A stretch of DNA of 64,000 bases from Bacteroidota bacterium (GCA_040880975.1 JBBEEC010000059.1:6486-70485); one strand, 5' to 3'. Shown: positions 1 through 9,760, counted from the first letter of the stretch. Numbers and translations are program-made. The notes: generated from the letters alone by a model not told the origin.

Positions 1-643
1 CGATCACCTGATCTTTGTATGGCATGGCCCCCCACGTTGTTTTGTAGTTCCTTGCTGAAAGAAGGTCTTTCGCTCCATACGGAATGCCGTGCAACGGCCC
101 CCGATACTTACCCGCGGCGATCTCTCGGTCCGCCCTTTTCGCCTGTTCGAGCGCAAGTTCTTCTGTCAGCGTCACCACGCATTCGAGCTTGGGCCCGTAC
201 TTCTTGAGTCTTCCGAGATACATGCGCGTCAGTTGCTCCGAAGTGACCTTGCGCGTGCGGATCAATTCTCCAAGTTCACGTACGGAAGCGAAAGCAAGAT
301 CTTCCAGGTTTGCAGGAACCGACGGGATTTTAGTACGACTCCACCGTACAGGACTTTGTTTCTGTTCGAATTTGAACCCGACCGGAATTGGGTTGAACAA
401 CACCGCCGGAGGAACGTTATTGGGAATGTTCACATTTCTGATGGAAGCGTAGTTGTCAAATTGCTCCTTCAGAGCATCGAGCATTGAATCACGCTCGGCA
501 TCTGTGAACTCGAGCCCCATGATACGTTCAGCCGATTCGATGTGCTGCTTGCCGATGGAATTCCCGGCAGGATCCTGCCTCGAAAAACCGGTCTGAACAG
601 CGATGAGCAGTGCGAGGGCGATAAGCCGGAGGTTCATTCGCAT
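1..643 (-). CDS. Amidase-signature family amidase (GatA-like) with N-terminal signal peptide; partial, the 3' end runs off the window. Absent from the ORF table because no stop lies in the window.
   Basis: Reverse-strand translation from the ATG at 643..641 gives MRMNLRLIALALLIAVQT...GPLHGIPYGAKDLL (GIPxxxKD amidase signature). An AAAGGAA RBS lies 6 nt upstream. The frame stays open to position 2. Confidence 0.75.
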   Translation of the reverse strand, partial: MRMNLRLIALALLIAVQTGFSRQDPAGNSIGKQHIESAERIMGLEFTDAERDSMLDALKEQFDNYASIRNVNIPNNVPPAVLFNPIPVGFKFEQKQSPVRWSRTKIPSVPANLEDLAFASVRELGELIRTRKVTSEQLTRMYLGRLKKYGPKLECVVTLTEELALEQAKRADREIAAGKYRGPLHGIPYGAKDLLSARNYKTTWGAMPYKDQVI

Positions 644-848
644 GAATATTCCTTTCATAAAGATTATTATCCGCCTGGATCAGCGGCACTCGTGAAGTTC
701 AATTCCGATCCGAAGAGACTGTCGAACCAGGTCTCCCGCCGAGCGCGTATGTCGGACCTGTCATTCGCTATAGACGGCGGTCGCCATCGTGAGCACCGTC
801 GCCAGTACCCACAAGATCACAGGCTTACTCATCTACGGGAGTTCCGAC

Positions 849-1016
849 TCAATAATATTTGACGAGATAATAGACCACGTACACCCATGAAAGCAAACCA
901 TGGATAATGGCCCAGAGGATCGACCCGTTGGCCGACCAGCTGATGACGATGGCGAGAGCCGAACCGAAGCTGATTCCGCTTCGGACAACTTCCTGGCGAA
1001 GACCGGGAGAAGGCAT
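849..1016 (-). CDS. Small (55 aa) hydrophobic membrane protein of unknown function
   Basis: ATG at 1016, TGA at 851..849. Product MPSPGLRQEVVRSGISFGSALAIVISWSANGSILWAIIHGLLSWVYVVYYLVKYY has two predicted TM helices. No good SD, and it is below the ORF-table size cutoff. Confidence 0.3.
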   Translation of the reverse strand: MPSPGLRQEVVRSGISFGSALAIVISWSANGSILWAIIHGLLSWVYVVYYLVKYY

Positions 1017-1170
1017 ATGAAGGTTTAAGGTTTATGGTTTATGGTTGTGGATTGGCTTTTCGTTGTTTCGTTGATTCGTAGTTTCATTGTTTCATTTTGT
1101 CGTCGTTCCATAATGATAGCATTTTCCTGAAACATTTTCATCCACTCTATTCCGATTTCTTCTCCTACAA

Positions 1171-1210
1171 GCAAAAAAGCCGCTCCAACGAATTGAAACG
1201 GCTTTTCTTT
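1171..1210. terminator. Intrinsic terminator for the 1230..1742 minus-strand gene; reads as a terminator in both orientations
   Basis: Stem AAGCCG (1177-1182) pairs with CGGCTT (1199-1204), with a 16-nt loop. An A-tract lies upstream and TTCTTT downstream on plus. On minus the stem is followed by TTTTTTGC. Confidence 0.5.
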
Positions 1211-1229
1211 GAACGTCCATTGACTGGAT

Positions 1230-1742
1230 TTATGAAGGAATCTGCATCTCCCGAAGTCCGAGCTTTTTCATTCCGTCCATATGTTCAACCGCGGCTTTCG
1301 ATGCCTGGGCATAGAGCATCCCTGAAAGCCTCTTCATGGATTCCCGATCCGGGTTTTTCTTCTCAACCTCTGCCTTGAGAAGTTTGCAACTTTCCATTGC
1401 GGCCAGGTGAGCATTCAGAAGGTTCTCATGATTTTCCATGAGCATTCTCGTCTCATCCTCACCGTAAGTCTTGTGAATCATCGCATGCTGGACTCTCGCC
1501 CGCTCGAGATTGACCAAGATTTCATCGACATGTTCCCGCACAATCTCCATCACAAGATTATTTCGCAGATTGGCTTGGGTGAACAATGCCTGGGCCTGAT
1601 CCGCAGCATGTTTGAAATTCAGGTACATGGCATGATGATACTCTTCGCCTTTCCCTTCGATCGTCCGCGTTTGAGCCAGACCGATGCCGGAAATGCAGAC
1701 AACCAGGATGAGACAAAGAGCTGTGAATTGAATGAATTTCAT
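1230..1742 (-). CDS. Secreted all-helical protein of unknown function; His/Met-rich, possibly a periplasmic four-helix-bundle protein
   Basis: 170-aa ORF with a classic signal peptide (MKFIQFTALCLILVVCISGIGLAQ) and an AAAGGAG RBS 9 nt upstream of the ATG. Confidence 0.7.
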   Translation of the reverse strand: MKFIQFTALCLILVVCISGIGLAQTRTIEGKGEEYHHAMYLNFKHAADQAQALFTQANLRNNLVMEIVREHVDEILVNLERARVQHAMIHKTYGEDETRMLMENHENLLNAHLAAMESCKLLKAEVEKKNPDRESMKRLSGMLYAQASKAAVEHMDGMKKLGLREMQIPS

Positions 1743-1925
1743 GGTGACCCGCTCCTTTCAATAGTGACTGTGCCAAAGACCGGCAAGGGTTGTGCCATGG
1801 CCGTCAGAGCGGGAAATGCGATTTTGAACGAAAATCCTAAAATGATCACCCACCGACTGTTGTACTTCGCAACACTGAGAATTTCTTTGGTTGAATTGGG
1901 GAATGTAGGAAGTATTCCTGTTTTT

Positions 1926-3380
1926 TCAGCGCACTCTGTCCATGGGGTATCGCTGAACCATTCCATCTTCTTTCATCAGATTTTCAATGTCAACGATCTC
2001 CATCGGGACAAACGCGGACATGTTCTCGGCCCCTTTTTCGGTGATCAGCACCATGTCTTCCAGACGAATGTTGATGTTTTCTTCGCGAACCACCAGTGCC
2101 GGTTCGATCGTGAAAACCATTCCGGGCCGGAGCGGACCGACGAGCTTTCCGACATCGTGCGTTGCCATCCCCACCCAATGGCCAAGCGATGTATAAGGGC
2201 TCTCCGATCCCAGGCTATATCGATCCACAAAACCTTCGCAGGCTTTCTGATAGAGAGGCTTGGAGAATTTCGATGCTGCCAGAACTCTTCGCATTTCCTT
2301 CAATGCTTCCTGCTTGACTGCCTGAGGTGTCTTTCCCGGTTTAATGGCTTTCAGGATGGCTTTGTAGCACGAAAGATAGAACGAGTACAGCTCACGCTGG
2401 GCCGGACTGAATGTACCGCCAATGGGAATCATGCGGGTAACGTCCGCCATATAGTACCCCACGTCGGGAGCAAAATCGAAAAGCAACCAGTCACCTGCTT
2501 CCATTCTGCGCTTTCCGGCATTGTAATGTCCAAACAGGGCATTGGGGCCGCTTGCAATTAGCGAATAATAGGCCTCACCCTGAGCACCGTTGCGATAGTA
2601 AACATATTTCGCCATCGCATCCAATTCGTATTCATAGACTCCGGGCTTTGCTGATCGCATTCCTTCAATGAGGGCGAGGCCTGAGAGCCTTGTCGCCTTT
2701 CGGATCAATGCGATCTCGAGCTCGCTCTTCACAAGCCGTAATTCATCAAGCATGGGTGATAGATCGCGAATAACGAATTGGGGAAATCGTGATTGAACAA
2801 GCCGAATGAACTGGCCCTCCCTCGGAATTCTGCCGTCCCAGGGATCCGAGGCGACGTCTGTGTTATAGCGGACTGCGAGATCGCGGCTCATCGCAAATCC
2901 CTCGGCGGGCTGAAACGGAATGGAAACGGTCTTTTCATCTCCTCGAGCAAATCGTCCAAGGTGTTCCGCCAGCAATTCAACACCATATACGGCATCGACC
3001 CCCGCAAGATGCCGAATCAAAGAATCGTCTTCGGCAGACAGGAGCTTGCCTTCACTCCGTTCCCTGCCTTCATTGCGATGCGGAAGGTAAAGGGAGGTGC
3101 GCTTCGAAGCTCCGTCAATCAGCAGATACGCATGCGGGCTTTCGATTCCGCATAGATAGTAAAACTCGTTGGACTGTCGGAAGCGGGTGTAACCCTGTGG
3201 GCTTGCGGCTCCGGGTATCAGGGCAAGGCCGTCACCGATAGCTTTCATGACGTTCTGACGACGTTGAGAAAACTCCTGAGGAGGGAAGTCTGTCGTAAAC
3301 GGCGAGAAGCCAACTTGGGCGTTGAGTAAGAACGGAATGAAGAGGACGATTGGTATTCCAAATCGGCGCGAAAGCATCAT
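1926..3380 (-). CDS. pepP: Xaa-Pro aminopeptidase (M24B family, PepP-like) with signal peptide
   Basis: Long ORF with M24 creatinase/prolidase-fold motifs (HWVGMATHDVG, GMVFTIEP). Start moved to the MM codons at 3380/3377, preceded by GGAGG, giving signal peptide MMLSRRFGIPIVLFIPFLLNA. Confidence 0.85.
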   Translation of the reverse strand: MMLSRRFGIPIVLFIPFLLNAQVGFSPFTTDFPPQEFSQRRQNVMKAIGDGLALIPGAASPQGYTRFRQSNEFYYLCGIESPHAYLLIDGASKRTSLYLPHRNEGRERSEGKLLSAEDDSLIRHLAGVDAVYGVELLAEHLGRFARGDEKTVSIPFQPAEGFAMSRDLAVRYNTDVASDPWDGRIPREGQFIRLVQSRFPQFVIRDLSPMLDELRLVKSELEIALIRKATRLSGLALIEGMRSAKPGVYEYELDAMAKYVYYRNGAQGEAYYSLIASGPNALFGHYNAGKRRMEAGDWLLFDFAPDVGYYMADVTRMIPIGGTFSPAQRELYSFYLSCYKAILKAIKPGKTPQAVKQEALKEMRRVLAASKFSKPLYQKACEGFVDRYSLGSESPYTSLGHWVGMATHDVGKLVGPLRPGMVFTIEPALVVREENINIRLEDMVLITEKGAENMSAFVPMEIVDIENLMKEDGMVQRYPMDRVR

Positions 3381-3521
3381 GATGCCTCCCGTATGGTTGT
3401 TATGAATGTGAACGGCGTGACCAGATAATTCCGCCGATCCCCGCTGACACCATTCCGAGAACGGCAAGGCCGAAGATGGCCAATGTGGATTTTTCGGATC
3501 AGTATTCGGAAGATTCCGGCG

Positions 3522-4037
3522 CTAGAATGCCTGAAACGTCCCTCCCATTTCCAGGTGACTCTGTGCCGTCAGGCGGGCGAGCTCATTTGCAGATTGAACA
3601 TGTGGAAGTTCGATTTCCCGCGCCAAAACCGGCGCTTCATCGGCTTTAAGATACCCTTCAAGAATGACGACCCCGCGATCGTCATCCCATTTCATGACAA
3701 TTTGTTTTCCCAAGGCGGTATCCGGTTTCGAATGAACAATGGAAACGCCTTTGGGAACAAACGTCGCACCAAGGGTCGCAGTCATTTCCCGTTCCATTTC
3801 ATCCCCGGTGTCGTACCCGGGTCGTTCCGCTGCTCCCAATGTCGAAAAATACCAGCTGACAAATTGTTTTGGAGTGCCATTCGGAAGTACTACGGGGAAC
3901 GTGGATTGGGCAAGTGTCGCGGGCTTCAATGACCATTCGATAGACCGTGATGCCTGGTCAAGCTCGGGGGGCACCGATGACTCACTGCTGCAGGAGAGAA
4001 GAAAGACCGACAACGTCAAAGCCGAAAGAGCCTTCAC
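3522..4037 (-). CDS. Lipoprotein of unknown function
   Basis: Internal GTG at 4037 preceded by GGAGG-N5 gives MKALSALTLSVFLLSCSS, a lipobox with Cys. The table ORF extends further, but its upstream part has no RBS. Confidence 0.65.
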   Translation of the reverse strand: MKALSALTLSVFLLSCSSESSVPPELDQASRSIEWSLKPATLAQSTFPVVLPNGTPKQFVSWYFSTLGAAERPGYDTGDEMEREMTATLGATFVPKGVSIVHSKPDTALGKQIVMKWDDDRGVVILEGYLKADEAPVLAREIELPHVQSANELARLTAQSHLEMGGTFQAF

Positions 4038-4166
4038 AATCGCCTCCGAATTTGGAAAGGGGAAATTAAGGATTGTGTCGGACGAGTGCAAGTCGCAGGT
4101 TCTAACCACGAAAGCTTGAAGAATTTGTCCTTTGTGAATTTTCGTGTCTTTGCGGTTAATATTTGT

Positions 4167-5216
4167 TTACCATCGCCCGGGGATAGCGGCGGCGCATTTG
4201 AAACACCTTCCGTTCTCTAACCGATTTTGCTTCACCTGAAAACCCCGACGTTCGATGAGGAGCTCGTTGCAGGACGGGCAGTACGTGTTTTCAAATTTTC
4301 CTGTTGAACCCGGTCGATTGCCCGCGTAAACGTAGTGTAACCCCGCCGTATATCCTATCTCCGCGGCCTTTATCAGTGTCGAGGAGGGAGTATCATCCGG
4401 ATCGGTCATTCTGTAGTCTTTGTGAAATCCCGTCACATGCCAGGGGGTGTCGGGCGAAACGGAGGCCACGAACTCCGCCATTTCCCGAACCTCTTCATCC
4501 GAATCGTTAAATCCCGGAATCAAAAGTGTCACAATCTCCAGCCAGATTTTCTTTTCATGGAGTATTCTGATCGTATCGAGGACATTGTTCAATACTCCGC
4601 CCAACTGAGCATATTCCTTTTGTCGAAATCCTTTGAGATCGACCTTATACAAATCCACCCAGGGTTGGATATACTCGAGGACCTCGGCAGTCCCGTTCCC
4701 GTTCGAGACAAAGGACGTTACCAATCCGGCCTCCTTCGCTCTCCGAAATATCTCGACAGCCCATTCGCTGGTGATCAGAGGCTCGTTGTAGGTGCTGGTG
4801 ACGATCTTCGCTCCCCCCTCGATGGCAAGGTTCACAAACCTCTCGGGAGTCATTGCGTCGGGCTCCGAGCCCGCGACCGGATCTCTCAAGGCCTGGGAGG
4901 TTACCCAATTCTGGCAATACGAACAGTGGAAATCACAGCCCAGCATTCCGAAACTCAGCGCCTTCGATCCGGGGTACGCGTGGAAGAATGGCTTCTTCTC
5001 GATCGGATCAAGCTGAAGGGCAGCAATGTAGCCCCAGGGGACCTTGAGTTCACCGTTCTGATTAAACCGTACACGACAAATGCCGTCCTTGCCCGGCGGA
5101 ATTTTACAACGATGGCCGCAGGCAAAACAACGGACCCAGGAATCGGGCATACTCTCCCAGAGCTCGCCGCGCCGCGTGTTGTCGCTCAGGACTTGCTTCA
5201 GAGGTGTTTTGGCCAT
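4167..5216 (-). CDS. AmmeMemoRadiSam-system radical SAM enzyme (pyruvate-formate-lyase-activase-like)
   Basis: CDFHCSYCQNW CxxxCxxC cluster plus an N-terminal Cys-rich CFACGHRC motif typical of this radical SAM subfamily. Start taken at MAKTPLK (5216). Confidence 0.8.
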   Translation of the reverse strand: MAKTPLKQVLSDNTRRGELWESMPDSWVRCFACGHRCKIPPGKDGICRVRFNQNGELKVPWGYIAALQLDPIEKKPFFHAYPGSKALSFGMLGCDFHCSYCQNWVTSQALRDPVAGSEPDAMTPERFVNLAIEGGAKIVTSTYNEPLITSEWAVEIFRRAKEAGLVTSFVSNGNGTAEVLEYIQPWVDLYKVDLKGFRQKEYAQLGGVLNNVLDTIRILHEKKIWLEIVTLLIPGFNDSDEEVREMAEFVASVSPDTPWHVTGFHKDYRMTDPDDTPSSTLIKAAEIGYTAGLHYVYAGNRPGSTGKFENTYCPSCNELLIERRGFQVKQNRLENGRCFKCAAAIPGRW

Positions 5217-5299
5217 GATGATCCTTGAGGAAAGGTACACACGTTGGAAGTAGTTGTCAAACTTAAACTTTCCAAACACTCACGGGATTTTTCTTTATC

Positions 5300-6487
5300 T
5301 TGATTCCCATGCAAAGAGAAAAACTCATCATCATTTTTACAGTCCTCGTCGACATTCTCGGATTCGGTATTGTTATTCCCATTCTTCCGTTTTACGTCAC
5401 TTCCTTCGGCGCTTCCCCTTTTACGGTGACAATGTTGTTCTCTGCCTTTGCGTTCTTTGCGTTTTTAAGCAGTCCGTTCCTCGGGGCTTTATCGGACAAA
5501 GTCGGCCGGCGGCGAGTGCTCCTGATAAGCATCGCCAGCACAGCGATCGGGTGGTTTGTCTTCGCATCCGCAACCTCCGTCCTGTTTCTTTTCATCGGCC
5601 GGATTATCGATGGGGCGGCGGCGGGGAACTTCACGGTGGCCCAAAGCGCCCTCGTCGACATATCAAAGGACGACAAGGAACGGGCAGCGAATCTCGGCCT
5701 GATCGGCGCCACCTTTGGAGTGGGCTTCATGCTTGGTCCCCTTCTCGGCGGGCTCCTGAGCACGGTCTCGCACAGCTTTCCTTTCTGGATCGCAGGCGTA
5801 CTTGCTTCCGTGAACACGGTACTCGCATTCTTCTTTTTACCGGAGACGCACACAAAACGCGATCCTGAGATTCCCATCAGTATCAACCCACTTGCTCCGC
5901 TCGGACGTGCGTCCCGGAACATGGAACTGCGTCCTTTTTTCATCTCCTGGATCCTCTTCGGCATTTCCTTCATGGCTTCCCAATCCGTATTCTCCCTTTA
6001 TGCAGAAGCGGCATTCGGGTTTTCCGCGTTTGCAACCGGCCTTCTCTTCTCCGGCATTGGAGTGTTCACGGCTCTCAATCAGGCCGTTCTCCTTAAACCG
6101 GTGTGGTTGAAATATTTTGACGAGCCGACACTGGAATTTCTTATGACCATTGCCCTCGGGCTCGGGCTCCTGCTCATGGCACTCCAGATCCTCATTCTCT
6201 TCTATATTGCCCTTGTCTTTCTGGCCACCGGCCAATCGATTCTCCGTGTCGTGATCACCAGCCGCGTGGCCGGTATCGCTCCGCCGCATATGAAAGGTGA
6301 GATCCTCGGAATCATGACCTCCCTCATGGCAGCCAGCATGGTGCTGGCACCCATCATTGCCGGCTTATTATACGAAATGAACATCGCACTCCCCTTTTTC
6401 CTGGGCGCCATTCTGATGACGGTATGTGTCTATTTCGAATACAAGGTCTGGAAAGTCAGGCCCCGAGACTTGACTCCTGCCGGCTAA
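5300..6487 (+). CDS. MFS transporter (Tet/TCR-type drug:H+ antiporter family)
   Basis: 395 aa with 12 predicted TM segments. GRIIDGAAAGN and GxLSDKVGRRR MFS motifs. TTG start as annotated by the ORF track. Confidence 0.85.
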   Translation: MIPMQREKLIIIFTVLVDILGFGIVIPILPFYVTSFGASPFTVTMLFSAFAFFAFLSSPFLGALSDKVGRRRVLLISIASTAIGWFVFASATSVLFLFIGRIIDGAAAGNFTVAQSALVDISKDDKERAANLGLIGATFGVGFMLGPLLGGLLSTVSHSFPFWIAGVLASVNTVLAFFFLPETHTKRDPEIPISINPLAPLGRASRNMELRPFFISWILFGISFMASQSVFSLYAEAAFGFSAFATGLLFSGIGVFTALNQAVLLKPVWLKYFDEPTLEFLMTIALGLGLLLMALQILILFYIALVFLATGQSILRVVITSRVAGIAPPHMKGEILGIMTSLMAASMVLAPIIAGLLYEMNIALPFFLGAILMTVCVYFEYKVWKVRPRDLTPAG

Positions 6488-6542
6488 ATTTTTACATTCA
6501 TCGCATCGAGTAACCTCCCAGCCAAAAAAACCAGGGAATTCC

Positions 6543-7172
6543 ATGATCCTCTTCTGGCTCGCCACAGGCATCATTGCGGTTACCTTCACGTACATTTTTT
6601 CCCCTCAATCACCCGATCCGTGGGATCCTCTGAATACTGCGGGATTGGTCGCGGGCTTGTATCTTTTGATCCTCTTACTTTCCACCCTGCGAAAGCCGCT
6701 ACACCGTACCACGGTGATTTCGGGATGGGCTGCTGCCCTGATTGCCGGCGCGGCAACCGTGTTTGTCTGGACCGGATATGATGCACAATCTCATTATCAG
6801 GCAGAGCTTTTATCGGAAATTCGCGGACGGATATCCCGGGGGGTCATTGCCCACGAATTCTCGGAACATTTGCTTAAAGTCCTTGAGTCCTACCATCATC
6901 AACCCCCGCGGCAAAACCGCTCCCTCGGAGCAGTCTTTCAGGAAACAGTCGGCGCAGGAATCGGATCAAATCTCCATGAACCTTCCTATGAATCCGATCG
7001 CTTGAGAATCACAGTCGCTTCCATATCAGCGGATGAAGTGGTGCTCATTGCCGAGGAGGGATACGTGAAAGGAAGGGACCTGGGGTTCAGGAACCTTGAC
7101 GGCGGGATGGGAATGGTCCAGGAGCTTGCACGTTTGACAGCGAAAGGGATAACATATGAATCACAAAACTGA
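6543..7172 (+). CDS. Membrane protein of unknown function (2-3 TM N-terminus plus soluble C-domain)
   Basis: 209-aa ORF immediately downstream of the MFS gene. Its stop overlaps the next gene. Confidence 0.55.
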   Translation: MILFWLATGIIAVTFTYIFSPQSPDPWDPLNTAGLVAGLYLLILLLSTLRKPLHRTTVISGWAAALIAGAATVFVWTGYDAQSHYQAELLSEIRGRISRGVIAHEFSEHLLKVLESYHHQPPRQNRSLGAVFQETVGAGIGSNLHEPSYESDRLRITVASISADEVVLIAEEGYVKGRDLGFRNLDGGMGMVQELARLTAKGITYESQN

Positions 7173-7908
7173 CCGGCCAGAGATCCCCGCGGTCTTCCGT
7201 CCCTGGCTTCTGTTCCTGGCACTGGCAACCCTTGCCATCGTGTTCCTGACTCCGGGCCTGGGGGGCAAAGAACGGCATCAGGTCAGCAAGGAATTCCAAT
7301 TGACGGTTTTTCCCTGGATGCCGGCAGGCCACATCACGATCTCCAACGGCCTCGACACGTTCAGCGGAATCTCCCCCAATCCGATTTCGGAAGGGCAGCG
7401 TGCAACAATGCTGATCGGCCTGGTCTTGTCGCTGGTTGTCGGTCCCACTCTCCTGCTGGTTGCCTGGAGACAATGGAAAACGACGATGGTACCCCGGCGC
7501 TGGCATCCTCCAGCCCTGTTGCTGGGGGGCGTCCTTGTGGTCTCGACAATGGTCCCTCCAGTGATCCTCGCTGCCAGTCAATGGAACGCTCTTGAATCAA
7601 TGCGAAGGGTGCAAGATCTCTCGCGTGAACGCGATCTCATGATCCACGCGCTGGGTAAGGTGGGACGCGATGCGCTGCAATTCAGAATTTTGCCGTCATC
7701 ATTGGGCGGTGGGGACGGAACATTTCGGGGATACAGGGTCTCAGAAGATATGAAACAAAGCGATGCTTTTTCGTGTGAACTAATCATGGCCGCCGACACT
7801 ATGATCACCCTGCGAGCTGTGTCTGCCTCCGGTTCACGATTGCAGATCACCGGCAATGTATCGAGTGCCGGCGTCATGCGATTTGATTTTCAAGAGTCGG
7901 AGGAATGA
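7156..7908 (+). CDS. Membrane protein of unknown function
   Basis: 250-aa ORF overlapping the upstream gene by 17 nt and the downstream gene by 4 nt. Several TM segments, with a C-terminal soluble region. Confidence 0.55.
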   Translation: MNHKTDRPEIPAVFRPWLLFLALATLAIVFLTPGLGGKERHQVSKEFQLTVFPWMPAGHITISNGLDTFSGISPNPISEGQRATMLIGLVLSLVVGPTLLLVAWRQWKTTMVPRRWHPPALLLGGVLVVSTMVPPVILAASQWNALESMRRVQDLSRERDLMIHALGKVGRDALQFRILPSSLGGGDGTFRGYRVSEDMKQSDAFSCELIMAADTMITLRAVSASGSRLQITGNVSSAGVMRFDFQESEE

Positions 7909-8318
7909 GTATGGATCAAAAACCTAACGTTCCGATTGACTGGCAGTGGGTCGAGACCGGATTTTGCCTCTTTGTAATATTCCATCTCCTTCCATCCTTT
8001 ATTGTCACATCCTCGTTTTCCTCCTATGATTTGAACGCGTTCACCGTGGCCCTCTGGACGTTTATCGCTCTCGCTCCCATTGGCTACTTTATAGGATACC
8101 GATCGACAGGAGTGACAATTCTCGAGCCCGGGTTGGCTTCTCTCTTCTACACGATTGTCCTCTTGTTTGGCCTTTTGAAGCTTCAGAATACGGCCTTTAC
8201 GTTCGCAACGCTTACCAATTCCTTGATTTGGATGTTTGCGGCGTTTCTCGTCGCGGTCGTGAGTGCCTGGGTTGGTGAAAAAGTGCAGGCCCGAAATAAG
8301 GGCAAAACGGCGGGGTAA
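7905..8318 (+). CDS. Integral membrane protein of unknown function (4 TM)
   Basis: 137-aa hydrophobic ORF, start overlapping the previous stop (ATGA). Confidence 0.55.
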   Translation: MSMDQKPNVPIDWQWVETGFCLFVIFHLLPSFIVTSSFSSYDLNAFTVALWTFIALAPIGYFIGYRSTGVTILEPGLASLFYTIVLLFGLLKLQNTAFTFATLTNSLIWMFAAFLVAVVSAWVGEKVQARNKGKTAG

Positions 8319-8321
8319 GGA

Positions 8322-9143
8322 CTATTCTTCGTCTCTGAGGCGGTCGAGAGCAACAAATGCTTCTTTGCGTGCTCCGTCATCACCCCGATTCTGAGGCCTA
8401 AGCATTGGGATGAGCGTCAGGTGGGCACGCGCGCTTTCATATTCGCCCTCGTCAACATAAGCCCTGGCACATGCGAATCGGTAACCAATAATGTCCCACC
8501 GGAGAGCAATGGCAAACTCAAAGTGGACGATGGCTTCATCTCTGTCCCCCCATCCCAATCCCAGGGGCCAACGGATAATCCAGGGTTTTTCAATCACCCT
8601 CATATGGGTTACCGCCAGCGTGTAATGCGCGAGATGATTCGTTGAATCCAACCGAAGAGCACTTTCAAGATCCTCCCGCACCTGATTCAGCAGACTGACC
8701 GATTCCCACAGGCCTTTGTATAAAGTGACCCTTGAACGGGCAATGGCCCGTTGCGTGAGAACTATCGTATTCCCGGGATCGATGGTCACGCCCTTCTCCG
8801 CGAACTCCAGGGCTTTCTCAAACATCGCGAGCTGTGCTTCTTGCTCTTCATCGGTCCCTGTGGGCAATTGATCCCCAATATCAACATAGGCCCGGCTGAT
8901 ACGCCACAGGATCTCAGCGTTTGCCCCGGTGAGCGAGAGCGCCTCCGAATAAAGCGCGAGTGCACGCCTGCTGTCGAATTGATTCAGGGCAATTTCGTTC
9001 GCCAGGGCAAGGAGAGCGTGAGCGTTGTGAGCCTGAACGGAATCAGGAGGCGGGGAAGGCAGTTGAATCGCGGCTGACCCGGAGGGAAAACTCCCGACAA
9101 GCAGGGCCGTCATGAACATCAATCGGTTTCTAGGGGTTTTCAC
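8322..9143 (-). CDS. Secreted TPR-repeat protein
   Basis: Signal peptide MKTPRNRLMFMTALLVGSFPSGSAA. Repeated A/L/Y-rich 34-residue TPR-like helical repeats. Confidence 0.7.
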   Translation of the reverse strand: MKTPRNRLMFMTALLVGSFPSGSAAIQLPSPPPDSVQAHNAHALLALANEIALNQFDSRRALALYSEALSLTGANAEILWRISRAYVDIGDQLPTGTDEEQEAQLAMFEKALEFAEKGVTIDPGNTIVLTQRAIARSRVTLYKGLWESVSLLNQVREDLESALRLDSTNHLAHYTLAVTHMRVIEKPWIIRWPLGLGWGDRDEAIVHFEFAIALRWDIIGYRFACARAYVDEGEYESARAHLTLIPMLRPQNRGDDGARKEAFVALDRLRDEE

Positions 9144-9155
9144 CGTGGGGTGGCC

Positions 9156-9746
9156 TTAGGAATTACGGGCCTGAAATTTGCTAATCTCATCGCGGAGTCT
9201 GGCGGCCTGTTCGTAGTCTTCCTTCGCGATCGCTTCCTTCAATTGATGTTCCAGTTGTTCGATCTTGGTCAACTTGGGTTTCGGCCCGGATTCCGCCGGC
9301 GCAGCTTCCGGCTCCGTGACAGATGTTCCCGCCTTTTCCCCTTCGTCCCCCTCGGGTACAAAGGATGCCTCATCCATGACCTTGCCGGAGACAAAAATCG
9401 GTACGCCGTAGCGAACAGCAAGGGCAATGGCGTCGCTCGGACGGGAATCGATCTCCTGCGAGTCGACATTCAGCCGGGCGTAAAACGTACCATCACGCAA
9501 TTCGTTGATGAAGACGTCGCTGAGAGAAACGCCGAGCGAATCAATGATCGTTTTAATCAGATCGTGCGTGAGCGGACGAGGGGGTTTGATCCCTTCGATT
9601 TCAAGGGCAATCGACTGAGCCTCGAACGCACCGATGATGATCGGCAGGCGGCGCATTCCGTTTACTTCTTTCAGGATCAGCGCATAAGCCCCTCCGGCAG
9701 AAGGACTCGTGGACAGTCCCAGAATATCAACCTGAATTCTCTCCAC
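9156..9746 (-). CDS. Bifunctional nuclease family protein (DUF151/BFN) with C-terminal UVR motif
   Basis: N-terminal BFN-domain similarity (ILKEVNGMRRLPIIIGAFEAQSIA) and C-terminal UvrB/C-like helix EQLEHQLKEAIAKEDYEQAARLRDEI. Confidence 0.8.
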   Translation of the reverse strand: MERIQVDILGLSTSPSAGGAYALILKEVNGMRRLPIIIGAFEAQSIALEIEGIKPPRPLTHDLIKTIIDSLGVSLSDVFINELRDGTFYARLNVDSQEIDSRPSDAIALAVRYGVPIFVSGKVMDEASFVPEGDEGEKAGTSVTEPEAAPAESGPKPKLTKIEQLEHQLKEAIAKEDYEQAARLRDEISKFQARNS

Positions 9747-9760
9747 CCAATTCTCCTCTC

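Noticed and set aside
361-400. GAATTTGAACCCGACC, resembling the reverse complement of a tRNA T-arm
   Set aside because: Lies inside the amidase coding frame. No acceptor or anticodon stems can be built around it.
1021-1100. Short tandem GGTTTAAGG / GGTTTATGG / GTTTCGTTG repeats as a possible CRISPR array
   Set aside because: Units are 8-12 nt with no regular repeat-spacer periodicity and no cas genes. Better explained as part of the low-complexity intergenic repeat family.
1743-1925. GGAAGTATTCC hairpin plus T-tract as a terminator
   Set aside because: The stem is only 4-5 bp with a 3-nt loop; too weak to call.
1407-2561. 384-aa plus-strand ORF
   Set aside because: Lies entirely antisense to the well-supported pepP (M24 aminopeptidase) gene. 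No RBS or homology signal. Typical GC-rich antisense open frame.
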